Positions 6,570 to 15,151 of a DNA stretch of 64,000 nucleotides are shown here, piece by piece (within the stretch, counting starts at the first letter, position 1; every line of letters starts with the position of its first letter). Below the pieces are notes generated by a model, which did no database searches, had not been told where the DNA came from, and was given only the letters and a program-made list of their open reading frames with translations. The DNA comes from an uncultured virus (IMG/VR IMGVR_UViG_3300030104_006589) (Duplodnaviria; Heunggongvirae; Uroviricota; Caudoviricetes): positions 1 through 64,000 of IMG/VR virus record IMGVR_UViG_3300030104_006589; one strand, 5' to 3'. The position numbers and the translations under genes are program-made.

Positions 6570-6707
6570 TTATTTAGAATCGTGCGTTTGATCTGGCTAA
6601 TTGTTTATTTAAAAGCTTTCGTTTGATCTGGGTGTTTATTTAGGCGATTCCATTCGATCCGCACTTTTTGTTTATTTAGATTATTTGGGTTGATCTGGAC
6701 GATCTGG
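6570..6707 (+). repeat. array of five TTATTT-N14-GATC motifs
   Basis: TTATTT at 6570, 6605, 6636, 6672, 6681; GATC at 6590, 6625, 6656, 6692, 6701. Confidence 0.85.
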
Positions 6708-6777
6708 GTGTGGCGGGATTCGAACCCGCACTTTACAGATTTTAAGTCTGTTGCCTCTGCCGTTGGGCTACACACCC
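6705..6777 (-). tRNA. tRNA-Leu(TAA), short variable loop, no encoded CCA
   Basis: GGGTGTG/CACACCC acceptor stem, ACAGA-CTTAAAA-TCTGT anticodon arm, GCGGG-TTCGAAT-CCCGC T arm, A discriminator. Confidence 0.9.
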
Positions 6778-7099
6778 TTGGTCTTATCCTAGCCGTCTGA
6801 CCAATAATCGTTTATCTCTTCGTCCTCTGCTGACGTTTTCTCCCCGTGGAAATAACATTTATATAGGAAGTAAAAGAACCAAAGAAAGAACCAAAAGGGG
6901 TCAAATCCATACATAACTACTTTAAATTGTTTTAAATGTGATTTAAATAATTAAAATGTAGAGGGAGTAACGAGATCACAGCATAAACTACTTTCCCTAT
7001 GTTTGCAGTATATTCTTTTATATTCTGCCCTCTATGTATATACTCTATCATATTATCCTAAACACACTGATTAAAAAGTTATTTTATAATTGCAAACGG

Positions 7100-7315
7100 T
7101 TACTCTGGTGATTTCAAATCATAGATTCTATCCAATACTCTATTTCTTTTTCTGTAACTATGTGCTAATTCTTTTACTCTCTCTATCTCTTTGAGTGTTT
7201 CTGTTACTCTGTCTGAGCTTGTGCCTTTGGCTAATCCTCTGAGGTCTACTTCTGCATAGGTAACAACCGATAACAGTTCTTCTATTAGCTTATCCTCGTT
7301 GGTGTATTGGCTCAT
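7100..7315 (-). CDS. hypothetical protein
   Basis: 71-aa ORF. Confidence 0.6.
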   Translation of the reverse strand: MSQYTNEDKLIEELLSVVTYAEVDLRGLAKGTSSDRVTETLKEIERVKELAHSYRKRNRVLDRIYDLKSPE

Positions 7316-7473
7316 TTGTTTTCAGAGAGGGGAGACAAGATGCATACAATAGAAACAACAAACAATAAGATAGCAATCCAGCCCCAACTATACCAGCACA
7401 GTGCGATTGGTATCCATATGGATATATGAGCTAAACTCATAGAACAAAGAATGCTTCTCTCTTTCCAACTCAT
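7312..7473 (-). CDS. small membrane protein
   Basis: MSWKERSILCSMSLAHISIWIPIALCWYSWGWIAILLFVVSIVCIL...; overlaps neighbours at start/stop. Confidence 0.45.
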   Translation of the reverse strand: MSWKERSILCSMSLAHISIWIPIALCWYSWGWIAILLFVVSIVCILSPLSENK

Positions 7474-7595
7474 CACTCATCTTCTTTTATTATGTTACCG
7501 TATCTATCGTAGTGGAGATCATCTGCCTCACTGGTAGGTTGACCACTCTCACCCCAATCTATTGTCCATGATACAGTTATAGTCTCGTCTTCCAT
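7473..7595 (-). CDS. small acidic protein (40 aa)
   Basis: MEDETITVSWTIDWGES...; ATG 7 nt after TATAGT. Confidence 0.45.
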   Translation of the reverse strand: MEDETITVSWTIDWGESGQPTSEADDLHYDRYGNIIKEDE

Positions 7596-7602
7596 CTGCT
7601 CA

Positions 7603-7631
7603 ACTATACCCTCTCCCGAAGGAGAGGGCAA
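7603..7631 (-). promoter_or_regulatory. sigma70-type promoter with hairpin in spacer
   Basis: TTGCCC-17-TATAGT; ccctctcc-ttcg-ggagaggg on the minus strand. Confidence 0.6.
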
Positions 7632-7644
7632 GTCTTTTTCCCCT

Positions 7645-7947
7645 TTACTCATTGATCAGAATCTTGATGCTGTCCTTAGAACGCTTGAGGGTAATGGTAT
7701 CACCTGCTTCTGCTTGATGTTTTAGCTTAGTGATTGAGATTCTCTTGTCTCCTCTGGTCTTAGCCTTATAGAATGTTACCTTTGCTTCGGTTCCGTCAGG
7801 ATACTTACCCGATACAAAGTGCTTCTGACCACATTCTGCTTCTGAATAATCAAAAGAGAATTGTTTGGCTAGGTCACAAACTGATTTGTTTGCGTCGATT
7901 ATGCTCTTCTTGAGCATGGTGTCTGTTATATTAATGGTTGCTTTCAT
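7645..7947 (-). CDS. putative DNA-binding protein resembling an N-terminal accessory domain of MvaI/BcnI-family restriction endonucleases
   Basis: TDTMLKKSIIDA...KVTFYKAKTRGDKRISITKLKHQAEAGDTI; similarity recalled, not computed. Confidence 0.5.
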   Translation of the reverse strand: MKATINITDTMLKKSIIDANKSVCDLAKQFSFDYSEAECGQKHFVSGKYPDGTEAKVTFYKAKTRGDKRISITKLKHQAEAGDTITLKRSKDSIKILINE

Positions 7948-7950
7948 AAA

Positions 7951-8115
7951 TTAATTACCGTTGATCTCTAGTAGGATATCAATCTCGTTTTGTCTTGAAT
8001 CTGGTTGGTTAAAGTGTAAGGTGTTGCACTTAACACAATACTTCTTTTTTGCTTTTTCGTGGATGTAATCTTCCTCACACTCACAGTCCCAATAATCTTC
8101 GTTTAACTCTATCAT
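7951..8115 (-). CDS. small Cys-rich (zinc-ribbon-like) protein
   Basis: YWDCECEEDYIH...CVKC...QPDSR. Confidence 0.55.
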   Translation of the reverse strand: MIELNEDYWDCECEEDYIHEKAKKKYCVKCNTLHFNQPDSRQNEIDILLEINGN

Positions 8116-8117
8116 AA

Positions 8118-8588
8118 TCACTTACTCATTTCTTCTTTAACTTGATTCCATGTGAAAATCTCAGTGTCTGGCGTATCGTATTGCTCTATAAACTCAAGGT
8201 ATTGCTTTTTTGCCTTGGCGTAATCGTCATAAATAAAACCTTCGATATACTCCTCCGTCACAGGATCATTATCTAAAGTAACAATATCTTCTCTTACGTC
8301 TACAGTGAACTCTCCCTCCTCATCTCCATACCTCAAAGAGACTTCGTATTGTGTTTTTGTTTCTATGTGTTTACCTATAGCCTTTTGGTGCAAGGTTTCT
8401 CTTTGTTCTTCTGTTGCTTGTGGCACTACAGGGACACACGTTTTATGTTCTTCTTTTACCTCTTCAAAATTAAATGCTGTCACATCTTCATTGTTGTGAA
8501 CATCAAAACAATATTTTATCATCTCATCGTAAGCTCGCTCTTCAGTCTCAGCTTCGATTACGTCTTCAAAAGTAACTTTAAACTTCAT
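8118..8588 (-). CDS. acidic hypothetical protein
   Basis: 156-aa ORF, N-terminal IEAETEERA motif. Confidence 0.65.
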   Translation of the reverse strand: MKFKVTFEDVIEAETEERAYDEMIKYCFDVHNNEDVTAFNFEEVKEEHKTCVPVVPQATEEQRETLHQKAIGKHIETKTQYEVSLRYGDEEGEFTVDVREDIVTLDNDPVTEEYIEGFIYDDYAKAKKQYLEFIEQYDTPDTEIFTWNQVKEEMSK

Positions 8589-8763
8589 CTTTTATCTCGT
8601 CAATATAGTTAACATTAAAATCAGAATCTTTAAGCAGTTCTTCGTCAGAGTAATTCCTGACCATATCTTCTGCCTCTTCTTGGTTCTTTGCTTCTACTTC
8701 GTAGCAGTTCAATATGCTAACTCCAATACAGTATTTCTTCATGTCAGTAACTTTAAGCTTCAT
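8578..8763 (-). CDS. small acidic protein (DpnD/PcfM-like)
   Basis: YEVEAKNQEEAEDMV motif. Confidence 0.55.
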   Translation of the reverse strand: MKLKVTDMKKYCIGVSILNCYEVEAKNQEEAEDMVRNYSDEELLKDSDFNVNYIDEIKDEV

Positions 8764-8938
8764 TTACTTCTACTCCCATCTCTGAATATGTTTTCCATGT
8801 TGACCCGATAGACTGACCCTCCTTGAAAACATCAAGTGCCACTCCATCGTCATCTAGCTTGACCTGTATATACCCGATCTCACGACCATCTATATTTAGA
8901 TCCAACATTAAGTATCTATCTTCTATCTCTCTGTTCAT
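8753..8938 (-). CDS. hypothetical protein
   Basis: 61-aa ORF; TTGACT-17-TAAATT with ATG 6 nt downstream. Confidence 0.6.
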   Translation of the reverse strand: MNREIEDRYLMLDLNIDGREIGYIQVKLDDDGVALDVFKEGQSIGSTWKTYSEMGVEVNEA

Positions 8939-8979
8939 GTTTGTAATTTAAATTAATTTAAATTCGAAGTCAAGGGTTT

Positions 8980-9300
8980 TTATTTTCCTTGAATGAATCT
9001 TTTATATTCTTGTTTTACAATAGGCATGACCAGATAGTCTACTATCCTGACCAGTGCCTCTTCAGTATTCTCATCATCCATAATGTTAGATAAGCCACTG
9101 ATACCTAGAGCCGCATGGTGGACTTCGTGAATCAAGGTATCCAACTCCTCTTCCTGAGTCAGTCCCTTGCGGATATTAATAATCTTCTTATCAAAATCCA
9201 TTTCCCCAAAGTCCTCCATGTCTTTTAAAACAATTTTAAATTGCATACCCCCCACTGTTATGGTAGAGGGAAGAGAGTATGATGTTTTCTTTCTTGGCAT
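8980..9300 (-). CDS. HEXXH metallopeptidase-like protein
   Basis: DTLIHEVHHAAL...EEALV. Confidence 0.7.
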   Translation of the reverse strand: MPRKKTSYSLPSTITVGGMQFKIVLKDMEDFGEMDFDKKIINIRKGLTQEEELDTLIHEVHHAALGISGLSNIMDDENTEEALVRIVDYLVMPIVKQEYKRFIQGK

Positions 9301-10220
9301 TAGCTTATCCTTTCCAGTGCTTTAGCTCCCTTGCCAGTGATCTCCCGCTTACCGTCGATTCGCATGAAACCGTTCTTCAGCAGGAAAATCTCTGCATCCT
9401 TCTGGAGTGCTGTTCTCGACATCCCTGTCACAGCAGAGAGCATCTGCAAGGTGCAAGCTCCACGTTCCTTGAGGATACGCATGACCTGCAACTCAATGGC
9501 ATTGATACCGTATGGCATGATACCCAAGAGATCACATAAACTCTTCCATTCTTTCTTACCGAAAGTGGCAGTGTTATTGACTTCTGAATATGCACTGACT
9601 TCCAATGCACGTTTGATTGCGGAGCGAGCATTACCCCTCACCGTCTCACATATTTCATCAAGGATGTTATCCCTGAAGTCAATCCAATCCATCTTCTTCT
9701 GAATGATTTTACCCAACTCTTTTCCACTGTATGGTTCGAAGTCCAGTTGTGTAAGACGATCCTTAAAAGGAGGAAACAGTTTGTCCAGTTCGGTAGTAGC
9801 AAACAAGAAAGTCTGCCTTTCGAACTCAAACAAGAGACTGGATTCACCAAATTCAAATCGTTTGGTCTTAGCACCCTCGATATTGAAGATGGTCAGAAAA
9901 GCCATTTCCAAATCTTTCGGTAAGGCATGAGCCTCATCCAACAAGATGGTAACATCCTTGTCCAGAATCGCAGGAATAAAAACCTGTTCAAAGAACTGCT
10001 CTGCATTACGAATGGTAGAACAATTAATTTCGATCATGGGTTTACCCAGAGACTTAGCAAATGCTTTTGCAAACTCTGTCTTACCTAATCCCTTCGCTCC
10101 ATTGAAAAGAAGAAAAGGAAGTGTGCCTGTAGCTTTCTTAGCATCGCTATAAAAGTTAAGGCGACTTTTAAGAGTGTCTTGTCCGACAAGACCCTCAAAC
10201 ATATCAGTGGTTTCGCTCAT
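9300..10220 (-). CDS. ruvB: RuvB-like Holliday junction branch-migration ATPase
   Basis: LVGQ, Walker A GAKGLGKT, Walker B LLDEAH, ATTE, RGNAR, C-terminal winged helix ending REIT. Confidence 0.8.
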   Translation of the reverse strand: MSETTDMFEGLVGQDTLKSRLNFYSDAKKATGTLPFLLFNGAKGLGKTEFAKAFAKSLGKPMIEINCSTIRNAEQFFEQVFIPAILDKDVTILLDEAHALPKDLEMAFLTIFNIEGAKTKRFEFGESSLLFEFERQTFLFATTELDKLFPPFKDRLTQLDFEPYSGKELGKIIQKKMDWIDFRDNILDEICETVRGNARSAIKRALEVSAYSEVNNTATFGKKEWKSLCDLLGIMPYGINAIELQVMRILKERGACTLQMLSAVTGMSRTALQKDAEIFLLKNGFMRIDGKREITGKGAKALERIS

Positions 10221-10222
10221 AA

Positions 10223-10459
10223 TTAATCAAACGTATTGATAGAGAATTGAATCTTCTCTTCTGGTTCTGCTACCTCTCGGATTGCTTCTGTTGTTTTAGT
10301 GGGGGTTGGATCAATTGTCAAGCCAATATCTTCTAGCCATCTTTTTGATACTACTACAGTCGCTTCAGAACCTACTTGCTTCGCTAGGTCACTCAGCTTG
10401 ACTCTAGTGAAGGAAGTTGAACCTCTGGGGCGACCTCTTTTCTTAGGTGTTTCGTTCAT
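10223..10459 (-). CDS. small AT-hook-like DNA-binding protein
   Basis: KKRGRPRGS; preceded by TTGCAC-16-TATAAT. Confidence 0.6.
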   Translation of the reverse strand: MNETPKKRGRPRGSTSFTRVKLSDLAKQVGSEATVVVSKRWLEDIGLTIDPTPTKTTEAIREVAEPEEKIQFSINTFD

Positions 10460-10546
10460 ATGTTGGGTATTATACTCATTAAAAGTGGGGGTGCAAGACT
10501 TTTTTTTCATTTTAATGATTTTTTTTTCTTTTGTGTAATTAAATGT

Positions 10547-10876
10547 ATGACCCTCATAGTGGTTTCTGCTCTCACTACAAACGAAGGATTATATTTTAGG
10601 TATCTCACTAACGTGATGAGGTTTGATCACAGCATGGATGTGATTGTGGAGGCACAGAAAGAACAAATAGATTACTATTATTCTATATTAAAACAAAAAG
10701 GTTTATACGATTATGTGTCAGAGATTATCTACCCAGAGATAAAAGAAGAAGGAATAAGATTAGATACGGAGATGAATTATCCACTCACCGTAACGACACA
10801 AAAGATTTCTGTGATTAACGTGTCAGAACTAATAAATAAAATTAAGTTATTAGCGAAAATAAAAGAATCAATTTAA
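10547..10876 (+). CDS. hypothetical protein
   Basis: Lone + strand ORF; ATG 14 nt after the start of a GTGTAA motif. Confidence 0.6.
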   Translation: MTLIVVSALTTNEGLYFRYLTNVMRFDHSMDVIVEAQKEQIDYYYSILKQKGLYDYVSEIIYPEIKEEGIRLDTEMNYPLTVTTQKISVINVSELINKIKLLAKIKESI

Positions 10877-10890
10877 ATATTCGGCTATCT

Positions 10891-10968
10891 ACGCGCACTT
10901 ATTTGGAAAAAAATCATTCGATCTGGGGTTTTTACGCGCTTATTTGGAAAAATCGCAGTCGATCTGGG
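10891..10968 (+). repeat. two direct repeats acgcgc(ac)ttatttggaaaaa...tcgatctggg
   Basis: TTATTT at 10899 and 10940, GATC 21 nt later in both. Confidence 0.75.
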
Positions 10969-11392
10969 CCATTTTAGTGCAATTGTAGTAATCTTTTTTA
11001 TTCTTTTCGAAAAACTTTTCGGCTTGTTCGTAGGTATGGAAGGCGTGACCCTCTAAGAATTTAGATTCTGTTATTTCGCCATCGTCTCCAAGTGTATCTT
11101 CATATAAATCTACAATAAAAACTCCAACAGGAAGATCATCTACAAGACCGTAAACATTACTACCTAAATAATTAGTATCGTTATTACTATTAATGCTAAG
11201 AGACCTGTCTATTTGGGTAGGTTTTTCTTGTGAAGCTGAGTCTGCATATGGTGGAGTGTCTACATCGGAAGGTAATGAGCATTCAGAAAGAGGGAGATTG
11301 GCTAGAGGACCATCGGGGTGGAAGAACCTCTCAAGATGATCGCCTTTGTATTTATTGCACCGCAACTCCCACTCATAACTTACTTTTTTCAT
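10940..11392 (-). CDS. hypothetical protein
   Basis: 150-aa ORF. Confidence 0.6.
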   Translation of the reverse strand: MKKVSYEWELRCNKYKGDHLERFFHPDGPLANLPLSECSLPSDVDTPPYADSASQEKPTQIDRSLSINSNNDTNYLGSNVYGLVDDLPVGVFIVDLYEDTLGDDGEITESKFLEGHAFHTYEQAEKFFEKNKKDYYNCTKMAQIDCDFSK

Positions 11393-12072
11393 TACTCTTG
11401 CTTATTAAACTTTAAAATTGGCTTAAGCATATGCTCAGGTTTAATAGGATATGAGGAGGGACACCCTTTATACACCAGTGCTTTCCTTAATATCGCTTGA
11501 CTTTCTAAATTAATAAAGTCGTATTGGTCCTCTGAGAAAGTGGCGATGTGGTTGCCGTGTATAGAGGTATCTGGGTCTGTTGAGTTGAAGTCTGTAAGAG
11601 TTGATTGTGTTTTTAAGTTACTATTCCTATCTGTTTTTTTAATAATTTTTTTTCTATCGGCTTCATCAATAGAAATATTTAAAAATTTTTCAAACTGAGA
11701 GAATAAATAATCATAATTATTATTAAAGTCATCGTAATGTAAAAGCAAAGTTCTTCCTTTGTATTTTTCTTTTACATATTCAACGGCTGATAACTTTGCC
11801 TTATAAATATTAACCAAATCTGTAAGGGGGGTCGCAGCAATGCACTCTAAGAATCTCTGAGTATTACCATCAAAGACCTCACATCTAACATAGGAAAGAA
11901 ATGATGTCACAGGATCTCTCTCAACGATGATACAATCAAGGGAGTCAGAAAGGTAATCCATCATTTCTACTATATGTATTTTTTCAGCCTTGGGAGCTAT
12001 TTCTCTAAGGCTCTGCCATACAACCGTGGAACCTGTTCTCCCTGCGGAGAATACTAATATTTTTTTATTCAT
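11392..12072 (-). CDS. sulfotransferase-family protein
   Basis: 5'-PSB loop SAGRTGST, 3'-PB RDPVTSFLS, HYDDF. Confidence 0.7.
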   Translation of the reverse strand: MNKKILVFSAGRTGSTVVWQSLREIAPKAEKIHIVEMMDYLSDSLDCIIVERDPVTSFLSYVRCEVFDGNTQRFLECIAATPLTDLVNIYKAKLSAVEYVKEKYKGRTLLLHYDDFNNNYDYLFSQFEKFLNISIDEADRKKIIKKTDRNSNLKTQSTLTDFNSTDPDTSIHGNHIATFSEDQYDFINLESQAILRKALVYKGCPSSYPIKPEHMLKPILKFNKQE

Positions 12073-12286
12073 TAAAATACTCATACATCATAATAAATCC
12101 TTCTCCATTGCACTGCACACCCATAACATTGTAATCAATCCACTCTACCGCTTCTTCAACTGTCATTCCCTGTTTTTCAAAGACCTTAACCATTTTGTTA
12201 TGATCATATATTAATATACCACTATCTGACATACCCGCTATTGCGTCATCTAGCCCATCTAATATTAAAGCTCCGTCCTTAAGCAT
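12065..12286 (-). CDS. conserved phage hypothetical protein
   Basis: DGLDDAIAG...GMTVEEAVEWIDYN. Confidence 0.65.
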   Translation of the reverse strand: MLKDGALILDGLDDAIAGMSDSGILIYDHNKMVKVFEKQGMTVEEAVEWIDYNVMGVQCNGEGFIMMYEYFNE

Positions 12287-12743
12287 TGAACCAAGAAGGT
12301 GTTTCTCTCTTACTCCACTTTGCAAAGTAAGCTTTCTCTCCATTATAATATGACCTGTAAGCAGTAACTCCACAACTATTTTTGTATTGTTCTGGCATCG
12401 CTTGAGCAAACTTAGTCAATCCTTTGCGTGGCATATTTAGTTTGTGATAGTTAGATCCGCACCAACTGATAGCATCGAGAGATTTATGAACCTTTCCATA
12501 GCGTCTCGTATACTCTTGACACATGGCGTAAGCATGATCTAGCAACCACTCGTAGTTCTCTGCTGACTCTCTAGCCCACTTAGTGCAAGGGTGATTGTAG
12601 AATGCTCTCCTGTATGGTGCGTCACCATTAGGGAACACAGAGCAGAGCATCTGCGCTGACTCTAGAATCATTTTTACAACGTGCTTATCGCACAATTGTT
12701 GTGCGGCGATCTTGGGGTCGGTGTCTACTGCAAATATATTCAT
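12279..12743 (-). CDS. pyrimidine-dimer DNA glycosylase / endonuclease V-like protein
   Basis: MNIF...DKHVVKMILESAQML, NHPCTKW, EYTRRYGKVH, AYRSYY. Confidence 0.8.
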   Translation of the reverse strand: MNIFAVDTDPKIAAQQLCDKHVVKMILESAQMLCSVFPNGDAPYRRAFYNHPCTKWARESAENYEWLLDHAYAMCQEYTRRYGKVHKSLDAISWCGSNYHKLNMPRKGLTKFAQAMPEQYKNSCGVTAYRSYYNGEKAYFAKWSKRETPSWFNA

Positions 12744-12934
12744 GATTTTAAATTTTCTGGCGACCATTCTACACACCACTTCATGGAAGGAACTCTTTTT
12801 ATCTCCTTGGCTTGATCTTCATCTAAATAACTCAAAACTGATCTTAGATTAGTTTGAAGAGTGTCTATAAGAACATGAAGTTCTTGGATTTCTTGATCTT
12901 TATTTAATAGTTCTCTTTTTAGTTCTCTATCCAT
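12740..12934 (-). CDS. coiled-coil hypothetical protein
   Basis: MDRELKRELL...; start uncertain. Confidence 0.5.
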   Translation of the reverse strand: MDRELKRELLNKDQEIQELHVLIDTLQTNLRSVLSYLDEDQAKEIKRVPSMKWCVEWSPENLKS

Positions 12935-12947
12935 GGGAAATTCATGC

Positions 12948-13382
12948 TTATTTGGCGTTTTCTTCTTCGATCTGGGAGTAGTGTAGCCCATCATTGCCGT
13001 TACGTCCAATGATATCAATGCGTTTTTCTCCTTGAAGCTCTTGCTCTTCCGTCAACCGTTTTGTTGAACCTCTCTCCTCTAAAAGCATGGCTTTAGCTAG
13101 GATAGCATAGTTCACTATGTCATCACAAGCATCTTCTACAGTTTCATTTGGGACAGATAGTTCACTGTCATTAGTGAACGAGTAGATTCTTTTTATTTTG
13201 TCGATTACACGGAGAAGCAAACCCTGCACAGGGTGGATGTCCAGTATCGTGGATGCATTAAAATTAGCGAAGGGGTCGGTAGCACTCTTGCCACCAGTGT
13301 AATCGCTGTTTTTCTTTTGCATGATTACCCTGCAAGCTTTGCAGGTATCATCGTGAAGTTTAAGCAGTTCTTTAGTATTCAT
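12948..13382 (-). CDS. Nmad1/DUF1599-like all-alpha nucleotide-modification-associated protein
   Basis: KKNSDY, DPFANF, RVIDKIKRI, EDACDDIVNYAIL. Confidence 0.7.
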   Translation of the reverse strand: MNTKELLKLHDDTCKACRVIMQKKNSDYTGGKSATDPFANFNASTILDIHPVQGLLLRVIDKIKRIYSFTNDSELSVPNETVEDACDDIVNYAILAKAMLLEERGSTKRLTEEQELQGEKRIDIIGRNGNDGLHYSQIEEENAK

Positions 13383-13921
13383 TTTAATTCTTTTATTAAA
13401 CTTTTCATGTCTCTCATTTGGGAGTCTTCCTTTAACCAAATGTTATCGCAAATTGTTTTACGATAGACCCCGTTATCATCTACGTCTTTAGCATAGTTCC
13501 ACCCCTGTAATGTTACTTTAAAATCCTTTGTGTCTCCCGCTGTCGTTGTCCAAACAACAATAGCGTCATCTCTGACGTAAGACTTCAATTGTTTTGGGGG
13601 AATGCATCTCTTGAAGTCATCCCACTGGTGAGGCCGTAGACCTTTTATTTCTATGCACCTACCTACTATATCTAAATCGCCCTTTAATTTTTTATTTTTA
13701 AAATCAACGAAGTTGGGGACGATTTCCCTATTATCAATGTGTCTTTTGAGCCACACTGTAGTTGCAACCTCAGACTTAACGCCAACTAAATTACTACTTA
13801 TTTTATTGTGGTTGTAGGAACCAGACCCTAGCGTGTTATTACCCCCGTAATAATCCACTATTTTTTGGGCATGGTCCCTACACCATTTTAGCTGTTTGTC
13901 TGAGAGCGAAACCTCAATCAT
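13379..13921 (-). CDS. putative PD-(D/E)XK nuclease-fold protein
   Basis: GVKSEVA...DLD...IEIKG. Confidence 0.45.
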   Translation of the reverse strand: MIEVSLSDKQLKWCRDHAQKIVDYYGGNNTLGSGSYNHNKISSNLVGVKSEVATTVWLKRHIDNREIVPNFVDFKNKKLKGDLDIVGRCIEIKGLRPHQWDDFKRCIPPKQLKSYVRDDAIVVWTTTAGDTKDFKVTLQGWNYAKDVDDNGVYRKTICDNIWLKEDSQMRDMKSLIKELK

Positions 13922-14249
13922 CTGATAGTGGTTTTTTAGCTAAATGAGTCGAGGAGATGTTGTATTGTTCGGAGTGTTGATTGCCTTTAGCAATTGAGGT
14001 GTAAGTAAAGCTATCTTGTGGGTCAGCAGGACGACCATAACCTCTCTCTTCCTCAAGTGTTTCTAACATTTTGCACAGTTGATATTTAGTGAGAGTGACC
14101 GTCACTGGTATTTGTTTTTGTTTTTTATTCTCGTAGGTGACTGTTATTTTATCAACCTTAGTCTCCGTGTTATTTGCCAGTATTAGGCTAACACAGAAGA
14201 GGGTTGAAATAAAACAACAAGATAGAATGATTAGTGTTTTTTTCTTCAT
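13914..14249 (-). CDS. exported or membrane-anchored protein
   Basis: N-terminal KKK plus hydrophobic segment. Confidence 0.6.
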   Translation of the reverse strand: MKKKTLIILSCCFISTLFCVSLILANNTETKVDKITVTYENKKQKQIPVTVTLTKYQLCKMLETLEEERGYGRPADPQDSFTYTSIAKGNQHSEQYNISSTHLAKKPLSDD

Positions 14250-14758
14250 TAGTCTACTAGTAAGTTAAAAATTTCAACATCAGAAAATGTTTTTGGGTAT
14301 TGGGCCGCTTCAATTAACAGTTGTTCTTTTGTTTGTAGAGATCTCATTGTCTCATTAACAGTCGCAGAGTCAATCATTAATTCTTTTGTTTCTAAATCAT
14401 ATACATATAGGTCATCATGAAATCTAGAATACTCTAAAATATATTCTATTGCTTGATCAAGAGTCTCAGTCTTCTCCAACATCTGATCGTCATGGCTATT
14501 TTGTATCCTGATCTCATATTTGAAGGTTATCATGGCGAGATCAAACCCCTCCTGTTGAATGGGTAAAGGCATCGGCTCAACTGGTGCGTTCCCCTCTTGT
14601 GGTAGAACTTTATAATCTAAATCATTAAAATTAGGCATCAACATTTCAGTCTCCGACTCCATGTCAATGAAGTAGATGGCAACCATCATAAAGCAATATA
14701 CTATTAGTCCGAAGACAACTCCTGCCCCCAAAGCTTCAATTAAATCTTTTTTATTCAT
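14249..14758 (-). CDS. membrane-anchored acidic protein
   Basis: N-terminal transmembrane helix. Confidence 0.6.
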   Translation of the reverse strand: MNKKDLIEALGAGVVFGLIVYCFMMVAIYFIDMESETEMLMPNFNDLDYKVLPQEGNAPVEPMPLPIQQEGFDLAMITFKYEIRIQNSHDDQMLEKTETLDQAIEYILEYSRFHDDLYVYDLETKELMIDSATVNETMRSLQTKEQLLIEAAQYPKTFSDVEIFNLLVD

Positions 14759-15041
14759 GGTTACTATTGTGTTTTTTCTTCTCTTCCATTCTACGGATAT
14801 GCTTATCCCAAATTGTATCTTCTTCGGGTTCGGATTCAGGTTGATTATAGGCGGGGGTAAAAACTTGCGAAAGCCTACGCAATTTTTCCTGTTGCCGCAA
14901 GTTTCTATAAACCTGTATTGGGAAACTAAAAAATGTATCTAGCAAGCTAGCAAACCCAATAAAAATAGAAAGCAGCACCCCAACTGTAAGTGCGGCTACT
15001 ATACTAATTAAAACGTGAAGTATTTTTATATAAGTTCCCAT
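14751..15041 (-). CDS. membrane protein
   Basis: N-terminal hydrophobic stretch. Confidence 0.55.
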   Translation of the reverse strand: MGTYIKILHVLISIVAALTVGVLLSIFIGFASLLDTFFSFPIQVYRNLRQQEKLRRLSQVFTPAYNQPESEPEEDTIWDKHIRRMEEKKKHNSNHE

Positions 15042-15151
15042 CAGTTAAAAAGAAAAATCATTAACATTACAAAAGCAAAAAGAAAAAACAACAGATATAT
15101 AAAGGATTCTAATCTGGACATGTCGATTTATTTCGATTTTTTCGACACGTT

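Noticed and set aside
6570..6707. Mini-CRISPR array
   Set aside because: Only two short half-motifs are conserved, units are irregular and two overlap.
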